Source of the DNA: a virus
Taxonomy: Duplodnaviria > Caudoviricetes
Direction: 5' to 3' (one strand)
IMG/VR virus record: IMGVR_UViG_3300038704_000071
Coordinates: 509 to 64,508 of that record
DNA: 64,000 nt
Both the position numbers and the translations under genes were made by a program. Of this stretch, positions 63,291 to 64,000 are shown one piece after another; the first letter of the stretch is position 1; every line of letters starts with the position of its first letter. Under the pieces are notes generated by a model that was not told the DNA's origin, ran no database searches, and worked only from the letters and a program-made list of their open reading frames with translations.

Positions 63291-63660
63291 GGGCGGATCA
63301 AAGAACACTTCTGATAGCAGCACGCCGGGAGATCGCCCGGTTGTTCCGCCGACCGATCTTTACGCAACCTCCGACATCCGCTTCGTCACGCTAGAAGTCG
63401 GGAAGCTGACTGCCAAGGTCGATCGTCTGATTGAGGACGTCGGCAAGCATACCGGCAAAGTTTCCGACCTTGAGCGCGCAGTTGATCGCGTGAAGACCGC
63501 GGGATGGGCCTTCAGCATTATCATCGGCGTGGTAGGGGTCGTGCTGTGGGCGCTGTTCGGTGAGAACATCAAGCACAACACTCGCAGCGTCGTTGCTCCG
63601 CCTCCTGCGCCCGCTTTCTCTGCGCCACCCCCGCCGACTGCTAACGACCTGAAGCGCTAA
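63283..63660 (+). CDS. Coiled-coil plus TM protein (moron)
   Basis: KLTAKVDRLIED coil, WAFSIIIGVVGVVLWALF TM segment. Confidence 0.68.
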   Translation: MAKGGSKNTSDSSTPGDRPVVPPTDLYATSDIRFVTLEVGKLTAKVDRLIEDVGKHTGKVSDLERAVDRVKTAGWAFSIIIGVVGVVLWALFGENIKHNTRSVVAPPPAPAFSAPPPPTANDLKR

Positions 63661-63784
63661 GCTCCGCCAGGGTCGGTCACCTTGAGATGCCGGCCCGCTT
63701 GCGTCGGAGGGGCGATTCGCACCCCCAGCCGATCACCTCCCGCCCAGCCGAGAAACCGAACACCACCCGCCCCGTTGCCCGCCC

Positions 63785-64000
63785 ATGCCCTCCAAGCCCG
63801 AGTCCCTGGCGCTGCACATCATGCGGTCCCTCTACGACGCGACCGCCGGTCGGCCGATGCAGTGGCGCTCGCTGGCCGGGATCTCCGACGTCGACGAGAC
63901 GCGGGAGGCCGTGCAACTCGCCGTGGATCGCGGATGGCTGCTGGTCGAGGGCGGGCATTCGGTTTGCCTCACGGACGAGGGGCGGCGGGCCTGCGAATGA
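63785..64000 (+). CDS. Small hypothetical protein, possibly winged helix
   Basis: EAVQLAVDRGWL...SVCLTDEGRR. Confidence 0.5.
   Translation: MPSKPESLALHIMRSLYDATAGRPMQWRSLAGISDVDETREAVQLAVDRGWLLVEGGHSVCLTDEGRRACE

Noticed and set aside
62872-64000. attR site or tRNA at the prophage right end
   Set aside because: No tRNA-like sequence seen; attL lies outside the window, so no direct repeat can be matched

Overview
The window is a near-complete temperate long-tailed prophage from a high-GC bacterium. The host is probably an alphaproteobacterium, inferred from the gene families present. The layout is lambdoid. A tyrosine integrase (cut by the left edge) and excisionase lead into a leftward early operon (to about 13.3 kb). 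Next come a cI/cro-like switch with paired operators, rightward early and replication genes including three DNA methyltransferases in total, terminase, an HK97-type protease-capsid fusion, portal, tail, and lysis genes, and finally right-end morons. The standout is a ~2.3 kb insert at 35654-37990 in the head module. It encodes a 193-aa Cas7/RAMP-like protein, a divergent XRE-type HTH gene and a second small gene. Around them lie seven non-coding arrays of 5-nt units: a near-constant CGC triplet (always Y-N-Y) plus a variable dinucleotide, separated by conserved AT-rich linkers. This looks like a phage-encoded RNA-guided system with a non-contiguous guide code rather than a CRISPR array. Other notable items: a C5 methyltransferase split across two overlapping frames; an HNH gene flanked by a duplicated 3' end of its host gene; a shared structured leader before two unrelated homing endonucleases; a glycosyltransferase cluster between capsid and portal; and several paralog pairs. 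All calls come from motif recognition by eye, and no database search was run.
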